DNA from: a virus
Taxonomy: Duplodnaviria > Caudoviricetes
Length of the DNA: 55,789 bases
Reading direction: 5' to 3' (one strand)
Virus record (IMG/VR): IMGVR_UViG_3300024259_000042
Coordinates: 1-55,789 of that record
Of the stretch, positions 8,960-18,489 are shown piece by piece. Each line of letters starts with the position of its first letter. Position 1 is the first letter of the stretch. The notes below the pieces were generated by a model. The model searched no databases. It was not told the DNA's origin and saw nothing but the letters and a program-made list of their open reading frames with translations. The position numbers and the translations under genes were made by a program.

Positions 8960-9636
8960 GACTAGAGAAATATATAAATGAGATAACCAAGGTATCCGAT
9001 AGTTATACCAATAAAATAGTGGATGCTGGACTCATTAACTATAAGAATATCATGAAAAAGATCAAGATTAAAGCCTGGCCCATACAGTTGGCAGCCCTTG
9101 CATCTGCTTTTAAAGACTTCAATATAACCTTCATGATAAAAGATTACAAATGGATGAACAAATTCTTTAAGATTGATCAAGATGATATAGGCTCAACAAC
9201 AAAAGTCCAAGGTACACCTATACAAATAATACTCAAGAAAAAAGAATTGAAGAATATAACATCTGGTTTCATAAAGAAAAAAATATCTAAAGTTCTTACA
9301 CATGAGCTGGTGCATAGAAAACAATTTACTTCTATGGATCCAGAATTTATGAAATATTATAGCCTTAAAAATGCTGATATAACACAATATTTTTCACGAA
9401 AAGAGGAAATTGAAGCATACGCAAGGGATGCTATAAATGAATTAAAAGATGGTAAATCTGATATTGTGGATTCTTATTTTTATTGGATTAAGGGTATGTC
9501 TATGGAATTATGGAAAAGATTTCTAAAGAAATTATATCAATATCAGGATCTATATGGTGATGATATATCCAAGAAGAATTTAATAAAACAACTACCTGAA
9601 TTGGGAACTGAGGAGGAGGATGAGGATGAAATTTAA
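8956..9636 (+). CDS. Tagged HExxH (zincin-like) protein
   Basis: MRLEKYINE; THELVHRKQ and downstream EIEAYA. Confidence 0.65.
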   Translation: MRLEKYINEITKVSDSYTNKIVDAGLINYKNIMKKIKIKAWPIQLAALASAFKDFNITFMIKDYKWMNKFFKIDQDDIGSTTKVQGTPIQIILKKKELKNITSGFIKKKISKVLTHELVHRKQFTSMDPEFMKYYSLKNADITQYFSRKEEIEAYARDAINELKDGKSDIVDSYFYWIKGMSMELWKRFLKKLYQYQDLYGDDISKKNLIKQLPELGTEEEDEDEI

Positions 9637-9937
9637 AGACTTTGTAATAAATGAGGAAAGACTTGGGAAGAATGATAAGAAGTGGTTGAAGGATTATATT
9701 AAGAATCCTAAGAATGATACCTTTACAATACAATCCTTTAAGAATAAGTCTGAAGTGGATGTTAAGAAGATAAAGGATGGTGTTCAATTTCAATATGATT
9801 TAGATAATTATGAATTAACTAATGAATTGGTTGATTTAGTTGACAGTATGGGTGGATATAAGTTTAGCACAAAAAGTGAGAAAAGTATTAATGCTATGAA
9901 TTTTAAAGTTACATTAAAAACCCCTAAAGGAAGATAG
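9626..9937 (+). CDS. Small tagged protein
   Basis: MKFKDFVINE after GGAGG. Confidence 0.6.
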   Translation: MKFKDFVINEERLGKNDKKWLKDYIKNPKNDTFTIQSFKNKSEVDVKKIKDGVQFQYDLDNYELTNELVDLVDSMGGYKFSTKSEKSINAMNFKVTLKTPKGR

Positions 9938-10348
9938 ATGCGACTGCAACACTATATAACTGAACTATTTGATACTAAAGTTGATATAAAAATAGTAAAA
10001 CAAAATCCTTCTATGTGTATATATGAATTCACTATAAAGGAATTAAAATATTCCTTTAAAGCTGATAAATATAGAGGAACATGGGAAATATTATTCGTAA
10101 GTGATGTGGGAATAAGTATAACTGGAACAGGTAATGCTATACAAGTCTTTGCAGCAATTGCTAAATGTTTAGATATATTTTTAAAGAAATATAAACCCAT
10201 GGTGTTTTGGTTTAGTGCAAAAGAACCAAGTAGAAAGAAATTATATTTAAAAATGTCCAAACTTATTACAAAGAAATATTCTTATAAATTTAAAACTGAA
10301 AGTGAAGATATAGAAGATGACGAAATATATGTATTTAAGAGGAACTAA
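9938..10348 (+). CDS. Tagged protein, 'ELFDT' family
   Basis: MRLQHYITELFDT; ITGTGNAIQVFAAI; FSAKEPSRKKLY. Confidence 0.75.
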   Translation: MRLQHYITELFDTKVDIKIVKQNPSMCIYEFTIKELKYSFKADKYRGTWEILFVSDVGISITGTGNAIQVFAAIAKCLDIFLKKYKPMVFWFSAKEPSRKKLYLKMSKLITKKYSYKFKTESEDIEDDEIYVFKRN

Positions 10349-10681
10349 ATGAGTTTAACATATACAGCTAAAGGAACACCTGTAATGAAGATTGGAAAGT
10401 TTCAATTATCCCTTACCTCTACTGATGGAAGTAGTGATAAATGGAAGTGGTTAAGTGTATCTAATGGTAAGAACAAAGATATAGCTCCTTTAACTCTTTT
10501 AGGTTTGAAGCAAAAAGTTGTTCCTTTGAAAACTAGATATAAAATGCAAAAGGTCTTAAAGAAGTATATTAAAGATGGATATATCTATAAGAAGGATGTT
10601 GATAAATTATATAATGATTTAAAGATAATAGATGAAAGTATTACAACCCGTATAGACAATTTAATGGATTTATTATTATAA
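10349..10681 (+). CDS. Hypothetical protein
   Basis: GAGG SD, adjacent ORF. Confidence 0.55.
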   Translation: MSLTYTAKGTPVMKIGKFQLSLTSTDGSSDKWKWLSVSNGKNKDIAPLTLLGLKQKVVPLKTRYKMQKVLKKYIKDGYIYKKDVDKLYNDLKIIDESITTRIDNLMDLLL

Positions 10682-10983
10682 TGTCCGAGGGATCGTCTAT
10701 AACAGGACTGACAGATGTATGGGATAGTAAAAAATTTAAACCACTTGAAGTCTTTATAAATCCTTCTAGGAGTGTATTAAAAGAAATAGCACCTCATGTT
10801 AGATGTGTAATTGATGATAAAAGTAAAACACTTTATGCATGGGATGGTACAAGTGCATTACATTATGATGTATGGAAAAATATACTAAAGAAAGAGCTTA
10901 AAGATAAACGAAAATATGATGATGTTACATTAAGACGTAGTAATTACGAACACGGTGATCGCTATCCTGATCCTAATAGATAA
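10681..10983 (+). CDS. 'NPS-RFIAD-W' family member, untagged and apparently truncated
   Basis: EVFINPS...RCVID...LYAWDGTSALHYDVW; shorter than its paralogues. Confidence 0.5.
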   Translation: MSEGSSITGLTDVWDSKKFKPLEVFINPSRSVLKEIAPHVRCVIDDKSKTLYAWDGTSALHYDVWKNILKKELKDKRKYDDVTLRRSNYEHGDRYPDPNR

Positions 10984-10994
10984 AAGGAAACATT

Positions 10995-11408
10995 ATGAGA
11001 CTACAACAATACATAACTGAACTATTTGATACTAAGGTTGATATAAAAGTAGAGAAGCAAACCATGTCGGCTGATATATACACTTTTGTTATAGATGATA
11101 TAGAATATTCATTCCATGCTAGAAATGAAAAAGGAACATGGGAAATAGCATTTTCACAATATGAAGGAATTGGTATAACTGGGAGTGGAAATGCACCACA
11201 AGTATTTGCAGCAATAAGTAAATGTTTAGATATGTTTTTAAAGAAATATAAGCCTATGGAGTTTTGGTTTAGTGCAAAAGAACCAAGTAGAAGAAAATTA
11301 TATAAGAGATTTGCTAAACTTATAACAAGAAAGTATCGCGCATATGATTTCAGAATGGACAAGGCTTATGACGGTGATGATGTCTTTATATTTTCAGATA
11401 AATCATAG
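10995..11408 (+). CDS. Tagged protein, 'ELFDT' family
   Basis: MRLQQYITELFDT; close paralogue of 9938-10348. Confidence 0.75.
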   Translation: MRLQQYITELFDTKVDIKVEKQTMSADIYTFVIDDIEYSFHARNEKGTWEIAFSQYEGIGITGSGNAPQVFAAISKCLDMFLKKYKPMEFWFSAKEPSRRKLYKRFAKLITRKYRAYDFRMDKAYDGDDVFIFSDKS

Positions 11409-12851
11409 TTCTATCTGATTACCCTCCTCCAATACTATTTCATCAGTTTCAAACCCTTCCACTCCATAATAACGAAACCTTACATTACCATGTTTACCCA
11501 AGTATTTAGTATGATCATGTATATCATATATTACAGCACCTTCCTTTTTATTAGCATGTTTCCTCAATGCCCTACCTATACTCTGTAACACTCTGATCTT
11601 ACTCTTAAATGGAGAACCAAATACAATATACTTCAAATTAGGTATGTTAATACCTTGTGCAAAGATACCATAGGTAGCAATCAATATAATATCCTTCCTC
11701 TTTAAACAAGCCTTACGCCATTTCTCTCGTTCCTCTATACTATCCCTACCAGATAAAAATACTATCTCCTTCTTGGTCACCCCTTGTAACCAATTCTTTA
11801 AATAATCTCCCTCCTTCTCAACCTTACCCACCAATATAAGAACATTATGATCCAATTTATTAACAACCTTCTTAATAACATTCAGTCTGTATTGATTAGT
11901 GAATACCAAATCCTTTACTTCATCATATGTACCCTCCAATACCTCCTGATACTCTATGTTAATAACCTTTACATTACATTTACTTATATAACCCTTCTCA
12001 GCAAGAAAACCTGAGCTGTAATTTGCTATAACAGGACCAAGATATGATTGGGTGTTCAGATTATCTAATTTTCCAGCATGTAGGGTTCCTGTAAATCCCA
12101 GTCTATAATCAGCATTGATTGACTTTACAAGGATTTTCTTCAAAGATAGTGCTTTTACAGAATGACATTCATCACATATTATACAATTATATAGTTTTAA
12201 TTTACTTGTATTTTTAATTAGTGTTTGCCAGGTTGATACCACAATATCTTTATCCCATTCCTTGGCCTTAGCATGGACCTTACCTACAGAATATTTCATA
12301 TCATATTCTTTCATATCATTATAAAATTGTTCTACTAAAGATTTATTAGGAACAATAATTATACACTGTTTTGCTTTTTTATTTTCCAATAATGTTTTTA
12401 GTATGTAAGCAATAATAAGGGATTTACCAGAAGCGGTTGCAGACCTAATGATACCTTTAGTATATTGTAGTGATTTTATTATGCAATCTTTTTGATAAGG
12501 ATATGGTTTCAAGGAAAGATTTTGTTTAATTTTTAAAGAAGAACCCTTAAACAAAGACTTTACACTATCATCAATTCTTAATATTACTCTCGGAAAGGAT
12601 ATTTTATTAATTCTTATTAACTCTGTTAGTAATCCATATGGTAAAAAACCATTGTTTTTTATTAAACAAATTTTACCGTCCCATCCTCCTGATTTATAGG
12701 CGGACATCCAATTATAACCATCAACTAAATAAGTAAATTCTTTTTTAAGAAGTTTTATATAATCCTCATCATCGGATTGTATTTGAATATGTAATTGATC
12801 ACCTTTTATTATATTTACTATATTATCCATCATATTGTTATATGTTTCCAC
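11403..12851 (-). CDS. uvsW: UvsW-like SF2 DNA helicase
   Basis: SATASGKS, DECH, GFTGT, LQSIGRALR; WDGKI N-terminal motif; next to UvsY. Confidence 0.9.
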   Translation of the reverse strand: METYNNMMDNIVNIIKGDQLHIQIQSDDEDYIKLLKKEFTYLVDGYNWMSAYKSGGWDGKICLIKNNGFLPYGLLTELIRINKISFPRVILRIDDSVKSLFKGSSLKIKQNLSLKPYPYQKDCIIKSLQYTKGIIRSATASGKSLIIAYILKTLLENKKAKQCIIIVPNKSLVEQFYNDMKEYDMKYSVGKVHAKAKEWDKDIVVSTWQTLIKNTSKLKLYNCIICDECHSVKALSLKKILVKSINADYRLGFTGTLHAGKLDNLNTQSYLGPVIANYSSGFLAEKGYISKCNVKVINIEYQEVLEGTYDEVKDLVFTNQYRLNVIKKVVNKLDHNVLILVGKVEKEGDYLKNWLQGVTKKEIVFLSGRDSIEEREKWRKACLKRKDIILIATYGIFAQGINIPNLKYIVFGSPFKSKIRVLQSIGRALRKHANKKEGAVIYDIHDHTKYLGKHGNVRFRYYGVEGFETDEIVLEEGNQIEL

Positions 12852-13477
12852 CGTTTATCGTTTTTTATATTATATATTACACATCTATTTACATTATATA
12901 TTTTAGCTATATCTATACCTTTTTCTCCTCTCTGTAATCTTTTCTTTATATCAATAATATTTTCATTTGTAAATTTTGCATTAGGATTATTTTCACCTTT
13001 GTTCATTTTACTCATTCGTTTACTCTGCATATCAACAAATTCAGGATTTTTCCATTGTTTTTCCATTTGGTTTTTTGATTGCACGGTTTTTATTTTTCTA
13101 TATTCATCGTTTTCCCATGTCCTTTTAATACTTTTACTGTTTGCTTTAGACATCTTCTTTTTAAATTCAGGATCTTTCCATTGTTTCTTTAAATCATCAC
13201 TGTTAAATCCTTGACCTCCAACTGTTAAATTATAATATTTTTTACTTTGTATTATATGGTTGGTTATTAATTTATTTTCATATCTATAGGACTCTTCTTC
13301 ACTACCAACAATAATAAGTATCTTTCTACCGAAATTTTTTCTACCATACATTTTGATATCCTCAAGTAATATCTTTCCGGATCCTAAATATCCATCGTCA
13401 ATATTAGTGGTAGAATGCTTACCAATATATTTTTTACCGTTTATTAAATTAGTGGTTTCATACACGAAATGTATCAT
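12830..13477 (-). CDS. GIY-YIG (Seg-like) homing endonuclease
   Basis: FVYETTNLINGKKYIGKH, YLGSG, YYNL..GG; start likely 13477 (TAATG overlap). Confidence 0.85.
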   Translation of the reverse strand: MIHFVYETTNLINGKKYIGKHSTTNIDDGYLGSGKILLEDIKMYGRKNFGRKILIIVGSEEESYRYENKLITNHIIQSKKYYNLTVGGQGFNSDDLKKQWKDPEFKKKMSKANSKSIKRTWENDEYRKIKTVQSKNQMEKQWKNPEFVDMQSKRMSKMNKGENNPNAKFTNENIIDIKKRLQRGEKGIDIAKIYNVNRCVIYNIKNDKRWKHITI

Positions 13478-13890
13478 TATAACCCCATCCTTTCGTTTTG
13501 TCCAAACTCTTTCATGTTCCATTTAACATCCTTCAATCCTTTGAAGCACATTTCAAAAAACTCCACTCTAATCATTTGATTCCTCATTAACTGTCGCATC
13601 TTCTTAATATATGGATCCTTTGGTAAATAATATTTCTCAATTTCAGTTTTCGTCAATGCTTTATCCTGTTCAAACCTAAAATGGTCATACCTCTTACCCA
13701 TCAATGCTTCCATTTTCTCCTCCATTTCCTCATATAACATTCTTTCCATGTTATATAAGTCTTGGTATTTGAGTGTAAGGAAAGTATTATCCTTCAATTT
13801 CTCCTGTAAATCCAACTCGTTAAAGGAAACCATTTCTAGGATTGGGTGTTCTTCCATCAATTTTTCTTGTATTATCTCACGTTCAGTCAT
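13477..13890 (-). CDS. uvsY: UvsY-like recombination mediator
   Basis: Helical 137 aa; LTKTEIEKYYLPKD and C-terminal WNMK pattern; upstream of uvsW. Confidence 0.7.
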   Translation of the reverse strand: MTEREIIQEKLMEEHPILEMVSFNELDLQEKLKDNTFLTLKYQDLYNMERMLYEEMEEKMEALMGKRYDHFRFEQDKALTKTEIEKYYLPKDPYIKKMRQLMRNQMIRVEFFEMCFKGLKDVKWNMKEFGQNERMGL

Positions 13891-13899
13891 ACAGTTTCC

Positions 13900-14871
13900 T
13901 TATAGTTTTGTATATTGTCTATTTATTAACTCATATGCTTCTATAAAGGATGATTTTTCATTATCTATCCAACTAAAACCATGTTTCATAGCCTTAACAA
14001 CAGATTCTTTAAGTTCCTCTCCTCCTATTCTTTCAACAATATAATGTAGAACATCATAATCTGGTGTATCTGGTTGTTGACGGGACGTGATTTTAAAGTT
14101 ATTAATACCTAATGTTTTTAAATATTCTATATGTTTATTACTAATCTCTAATGATGTTGTATGTTTTAGAAAATCTTTTGGTGGTAACATATTTATAACC
14201 CTTTTATGTAATTGCTCCTCACACCAAAGTTTACCCATATCTTGATAGAAATTGGTATTTTTAACCCAATAATTTCTATTGGCTTCACTGACCCTTTTGT
14301 AATGTTCACTTCTGAATTGACAATCATGTAAGCACTTTTCGTTGGCAAATATTTCAAGTTTTTCAGGTCCTATTTGTTTAATAACATCTTCATTATAGTT
14401 CCATTCAGCCAATAGTACCATTACATCATATAAGTTTTTACGTTTTAAATAATAATCAACATTTGTATTATAGTGGGTACAAGAAAGAACCCGTTTATAT
14501 TTTGGATATTTTTCCCTTACATATTCAGCAAAGGTATCATTCAGTATAATTACACCGTTTAAATCATTATGGAATTTATCTAATATGAAATTTCCATCCT
14601 CATCGTTAATGTCTATTTCATGATTAGAGAATGTAAAATAAAAAGATATACCCCTCATGTTCAATGCTGTTATATAATCCACGAATTTATAAGGCTCTAA
14701 AAGAGGAGGCATATCTAACATTGATCTACCACCACTCCATTTAAGCATATAATTACTATCATATATACCAAACTGTATTCTATCCTGATAGCCAAATTTA
14801 TTTAATAAATTGTCAATCTCTATAATTGACGAAGCATTCATAATACCGCCAATCTTCCAATTTTCTTTCAT
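13900..14871 (-). CDS. Peptidase U32-like (Fe-S) family protein
   Basis: WSGGR, LEIFANEKCLHDC...HY, later C, GINNFKITSR. Confidence 0.6.
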   Translation of the reverse strand: MKENWKIGGIMNASSIIEIDNLLNKFGYQDRIQFGIYDSNYMLKWSGGRSMLDMPPLLEPYKFVDYITALNMRGISFYFTFSNHEIDINDEDGNFILDKFHNDLNGVIILNDTFAEYVREKYPKYKRVLSCTHYNTNVDYYLKRKNLYDVMVLLAEWNYNEDVIKQIGPEKLEIFANEKCLHDCQFRSEHYKRVSEANRNYWVKNTNFYQDMGKLWCEEQLHKRVINMLPPKDFLKHTTSLEISNKHIEYLKTLGINNFKITSRQQPDTPDYDVLHYIVERIGGEELKESVVKAMKHGFSWIDNEKSSFIEAYELINRQYTKL

Positions 14872-14894
14872 TTGAACCTCCCTTTGTTTCTATT

Positions 14895-14956
14895 ATTCTA
14901 TCATACTAAATATAAAAAGTAAACATATTTACATTTCCAAGTTCCTGTGATATAAT
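14895..14956. promoter_or_regulatory. Divergent early promoter pair
   Basis: Plus: TTTACA(14928)-N17-TATAAT(14951). Minus: TTTACT(14923-14918)-N17-TAGAAT(14900-14895). Both have TGn. Confidence 0.75.
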
Positions 14957-14983
14957 GATACTATCTATTGAAAGGAGTTTATT

Positions 14984-15355
14984 ATGAAATTTGAGAATTA
15001 TGTGGTTGTCAAGGAGAATGGTAAGTGGATGGTTGGTAAGATCAAAGGATATAAGTTTACACCTTATCAGGATGTTAAGAAACTATCCGATGTTAAGGAT
15101 GTTAGTTCCTATATATCCCTTACACAATATATAAAGAAAAATAAATTTAAACCATCCTTAGCCAAGTTATTATTGAAGAAAACAGGATTACAAAGTATTT
15201 ATATATTAAGTAAACCTGCTTATCTGGATGAGGATGAATGGGATAATTACTGGTGGCACGACTATTGTAAAAAGTGTAGGTTATGTGCAAACAAATGTAA
15301 ACAAAGTCATTTTGCTGAGATTGTGGTATGTCCAGATTATAAAAGGAAGGAATAA
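14984..15355 (+). CDS. Hypothetical protein with C-terminal Cys cluster
   Basis: AGGAG SD; CKKCRLCANKCKQS...CPDY. Confidence 0.65.
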   Translation: MKFENYVVVKENGKWMVGKIKGYKFTPYQDVKKLSDVKDVSSYISLTQYIKKNKFKPSLAKLLLKKTGLQSIYILSKPAYLDEDEWDNYWWHDYCKKCRLCANKCKQSHFAEIVVCPDYKRKE

Positions 15356-15585
15356 TGAGTCAAGAACTAGCAGGATCAGTATTATGTATGAGTGGTGAAA
15401 GACATGTAAGTGTTAATGGTTTTGATTATTATTTTGATAAAGAAGGAGAACTTCATAGAACTGATGGTCCGGCAGTTTCAAATGGTGTTGGTGGGGAATC
15501 ATACTGGTTGCATGGTAAAATGGTAGAAAAGGGGGATATTAGATTGTTAAACAATAACGATATAGAGGAATTATTTACATTATGA
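15355..15585 (+). CDS. Small LHRxDGPA-motif protein
   Basis: LHRTDGPAV...YWLHGK. Confidence 0.6.
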   Translation: MSQELAGSVLCMSGERHVSVNGFDYYFDKEGELHRTDGPAVSNGVGGESYWLHGKMVEKGDIRLLNNNDIEELFTL

Positions 15586-16967
15586 CAGAAAGATTAGATA
15601 GTGATTTCCTTGAGAAATTAATAATCAAAGGAATGTTAATAGATAAAAGGTACCTTGCCATTGTATCCTCTGTATTTGAACCTGAATATTTTGACAATTC
15701 CTCCGCATCCTCTATATTTGAATATACAGCAGGTTATTTAGAAGAGTATAACAGTATACCAGAGGAACAAGCAATTATCAACACTATGAAAGAGAATGAT
15801 AGACAGGAAATAAAAGATTTCTTCTCCGATGTCCATGCTGTTGATTTTGATATAACTAAATCTTATGATTATCTATTCACTGAAACTAACAAATATCTTA
15901 AAGAACAAGCAATTAAAAAAGCAATCATCTCATCAGTTGATATCATTGATCAAAAATCTGATCCTGAAGCCATTAGGGAAAAGATAGAGGCAGCCCTATC
16001 AAAGGATTTGAAGGTTGATCTTGGATTGAAATATTTTGAAGATTTAGGTGAAAGATTAAGAAGAGTATTTACAACAAGTACCATAAGGGTTCCCACATAC
16101 TTTCCTGTGTTTGATGAATTTATTGCTGGGGGTTTCCCACCCTTTACACTTTCAGTATTAGTGGCAAGGATTCATGGGTTTAAGAGTAATACACTTGCTA
16201 ATATAGCAGCAAGACAGGTGATGCATGGTAAAAATGTTGTATTAATGACACTAGAAATGGCACAGGACGCATTTGCTCAACGATTTGATAGTATTTTATC
16301 CCTTATGGATATCAATCGAATGTATATGTCAGATGAAAATAAAAGAAGATTGATGAAAAACCTTATAGAGATAAAGAAGAATGAGAATAGAGGAGAACTA
16401 TTTATTAAACAATTCCCCACGGGGGACGCTTCAGTGCGTGAGTTTAAGACATACCTAAGGGAATTAGAGATAAGAGGTGTAAAGCCCGATATATTAATGG
16501 CTGATTATATTAACCTTATGAAGGCAGCATCCAAAACAGGTGAGGGTATGTATTCATCTATTAAGAGAATTAGTGAGGAATTAAGATCATTGTCATTTGA
16601 GTTTGAAGTGCCTGTTGTATCAGTAAGTCAATTGAACAGAGAAGGTTCATTTGTAGGATTTGCAGAACTGGACTTCACATATATTGCGGAATCATTGGGA
16701 CTAGCAGCAACATCCGATTTTATGTCAATTTTAGGAACTAATGATGATGATATGGTGTATGAAAGTGAACTATGTGGAAAGATTGTGAAAAACAGATTAG
16801 GAGGTAGGGTAGGGGAGAACTTTACTATGTATTATGATAGCAGAACCTTAAAGATGTATGATGAAAGTGAAATGGATGTATGGTTAAATGATGCAGTTAT
16901 AACAGGTGATGAAAGGAACTTCTTTGAAGCTCCTGATAATAATAGGAGGAATAGGAATGGTTCTTAA
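15582..16967 (+). CDS. 41: Replicative DnaB-like helicase (T4 gp41-like)
   Basis: TLEMA, ADYINLM, VSQLNR, IAESLG, KNRLGG; Walker A reads ARIHGFKS. Confidence 0.88.
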   Translation: MTERLDSDFLEKLIIKGMLIDKRYLAIVSSVFEPEYFDNSSASSIFEYTAGYLEEYNSIPEEQAIINTMKENDRQEIKDFFSDVHAVDFDITKSYDYLFTETNKYLKEQAIKKAIISSVDIIDQKSDPEAIREKIEAALSKDLKVDLGLKYFEDLGERLRRVFTTSTIRVPTYFPVFDEFIAGGFPPFTLSVLVARIHGFKSNTLANIAARQVMHGKNVVLMTLEMAQDAFAQRFDSILSLMDINRMYMSDENKRRLMKNLIEIKKNENRGELFIKQFPTGDASVREFKTYLRELEIRGVKPDILMADYINLMKAASKTGEGMYSSIKRISEELRSLSFEFEVPVVSVSQLNREGSFVGFAELDFTYIAESLGLAATSDFMSILGTNDDDMVYESELCGKIVKNRLGGRVGENFTMYYDSRTLKMYDESEMDVWLNDAVITGDERNFFEAPDNNRRNRNGS

Positions 16968-17121
16968 TTGGAGGAAGATATTAGGATGGTGTATATTAAT
17001 ACCATTTATATTACTTATGTCATATGTTTTGTTTATGGTGATTATTGTTAAACCAATAGTTCTGGTCGGAATAGCAGGTGCAGGTATTTTCACACTTGGT
17101 ATACATTTAGTAGTAAGTTAA
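16957..17121 (+). CDS. Small membrane protein
   Basis: Two hydrophobic segments; start uncertain (16906 or 16957). Confidence 0.45.
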   Translation: MVLNWRKILGWCILIPFILLMSYVLFMVIIVKPIVLVGIAGAGIFTLGIHLVVS

Positions 17122-17132
17122 GGAGGAGTGAA

Positions 17133-17357
17133 ATGGCAACAATTAGAGATATACTGATACATAATAAGGTTTATTCAATGGATTTGGAATTAGCCTTATT
17201 GAGACACCTTGATGGGTTAAGACAGAATCCAACTAAGCATTATATATGTCCAACCTGTCAAAGATTTGTAAAGGAAGGATTAGATAAATGTGATGATAAT
17301 TATAGACATTTTGGTAGAATAAATACATATCGTGGAGAAGGAGGAAATCCATTTTAA
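17133..17357 (+). CDS. Hypothetical protein
   Basis: GGAGGAG SD; CPTC. Confidence 0.6.
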   Translation: MATIRDILIHNKVYSMDLELALLRHLDGLRQNPTKHYICPTCQRFVKEGLDKCDDNYRHFGRINTYRGEGGNPF

Positions 17358-18001
17358 TGAAAATACAAGATACAGAAATAATGTTTAGTAGTAATGAGAA
17401 TGAACCTGATATGGAATTTGATACAACATTAGAGTTTCGGAGTTTTTGGGATAGAGTTAGATTTGCCTATAATATATTGAAAGAAGATATTCAATTTAAT
17501 TCAAGTTTCAATTTTCCTGATGATAATGCGGTTAAGGATGCCATTGATATACTTAATGAAAAACTATCCATAGATTCCTTTAATGTTTCAAAATCCTTAG
17601 ATAATGCTATATTACCAACCAAAGCACATAAGAATGATGTTGGGTATGACTTACATACACCTATTGATTTTGTATTAAATCCTGGTGAAATGAAGAGAAT
17701 TGACTTTGGATTAATAATAGAGATTAAACCTGGATATGAGATACAAGTAAGGAATCGTTCAAGTGTGGTATGGAAATATAATACTATGATGTCATTAGGA
17801 ACAGGTACCATTGATTGTGATTATAGAGGTCATATAATGGCACCCTTTTATAACTTTGGAGTAGAACAAATGAGATTTCAAAGGGGTGATAGACTAGCAC
17901 AGATGGTTATTAAGAAAACAGAGGATATCACATTAAAAGAAGGATTGGTGAATATGACTACTGAACGAGGGACTGGAGGGTTTGGAAGTTCTGGTAAATA
18001 A
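17357..18001 (+). CDS. dut: Trimeric dUTPase with about 70-aa N-terminal extension
   Basis: GYDL, RSS, GTIDCDYRG, RLAQM, RGTGGFGSSG. Confidence 0.92.
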   Translation: MKIQDTEIMFSSNENEPDMEFDTTLEFRSFWDRVRFAYNILKEDIQFNSSFNFPDDNAVKDAIDILNEKLSIDSFNVSKSLDNAILPTKAHKNDVGYDLHTPIDFVLNPGEMKRIDFGLIIEIKPGYEIQVRNRSSVVWKYNTMMSLGTGTIDCDYRGHIMAPFYNFGVEQMRFQRGDRLAQMVIKKTEDITLKEGLVNMTTERGTGGFGSSGK

Positions 18002-18003
18002 TA

Positions 18004-18032
18004 TTTACATATTAGTGATTATATAGTATAAT
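18004..18032 (+). promoter_or_regulatory. Early promoter
   Basis: TTTACA-N17-TATAAT. Confidence 0.7.
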
Positions 18033-18045
18033 AGGAGAGTATAAC

Positions 18046-18489
18046 ATGATAGGAAAGGAGTTAAAACAAATAAAGTTCCATGGATATAAGCATCCATTAT
18101 CTAATTTTTATGAATCTGATTTTCGTATAGGTACATTCATTTATCCAACAGTTGAACATTATTATCAATCACAAAAAAGTGAAGATTCCTATGAACGAAT
18201 GGATATCTTAATGGCTGATACACCTAAAGATGCAAAAATAATGGGTAGAGATATTGAAGTGCCAAGAGTGGATTGGGAAGATAGAAGATTAGTATATATG
18301 TGGAAAGGGTTACATGCTAAGTTTACACAGAATATGGAATTAAAGAAATATTTATTGGATACTGATCCTGCTGAACTTATAGAGGATAGTCCTTGGGATT
18401 CTTATTGGGGCAGAGGTAAGGATTGGGATGGAGAGAATAAGTTAGGTAAAATGTTAATGAAGTTACGAAAGGATATTGGTGATGAGTGA
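18046..18489 (+). CDS. NADAR (YbiA/DUF1768) family hydrolase
   Basis: LSNFY, PTVEHYYQSQK, AKFTQN..LK..LL.T, EDSPWDSYWG, GENKLGKMLM. Confidence 0.92.
   Translation: MIGKELKQIKFHGYKHPLSNFYESDFRIGTFIYPTVEHYYQSQKSEDSYERMDILMADTPKDAKIMGRDIEVPRVDWEDRRLVYMWKGLHAKFTQNMELKKYLLDTDPAELIEDSPWDSYWGRGKDWDGENKLGKMLMKLRKDIGDE

Noticed and set aside
14984-15355. Counting MKFENYVVVKE as a capsid-targeting tag
   Set aside because: Spacing to the Glu is off and the gene sits behind an early promoter; left as ambiguous
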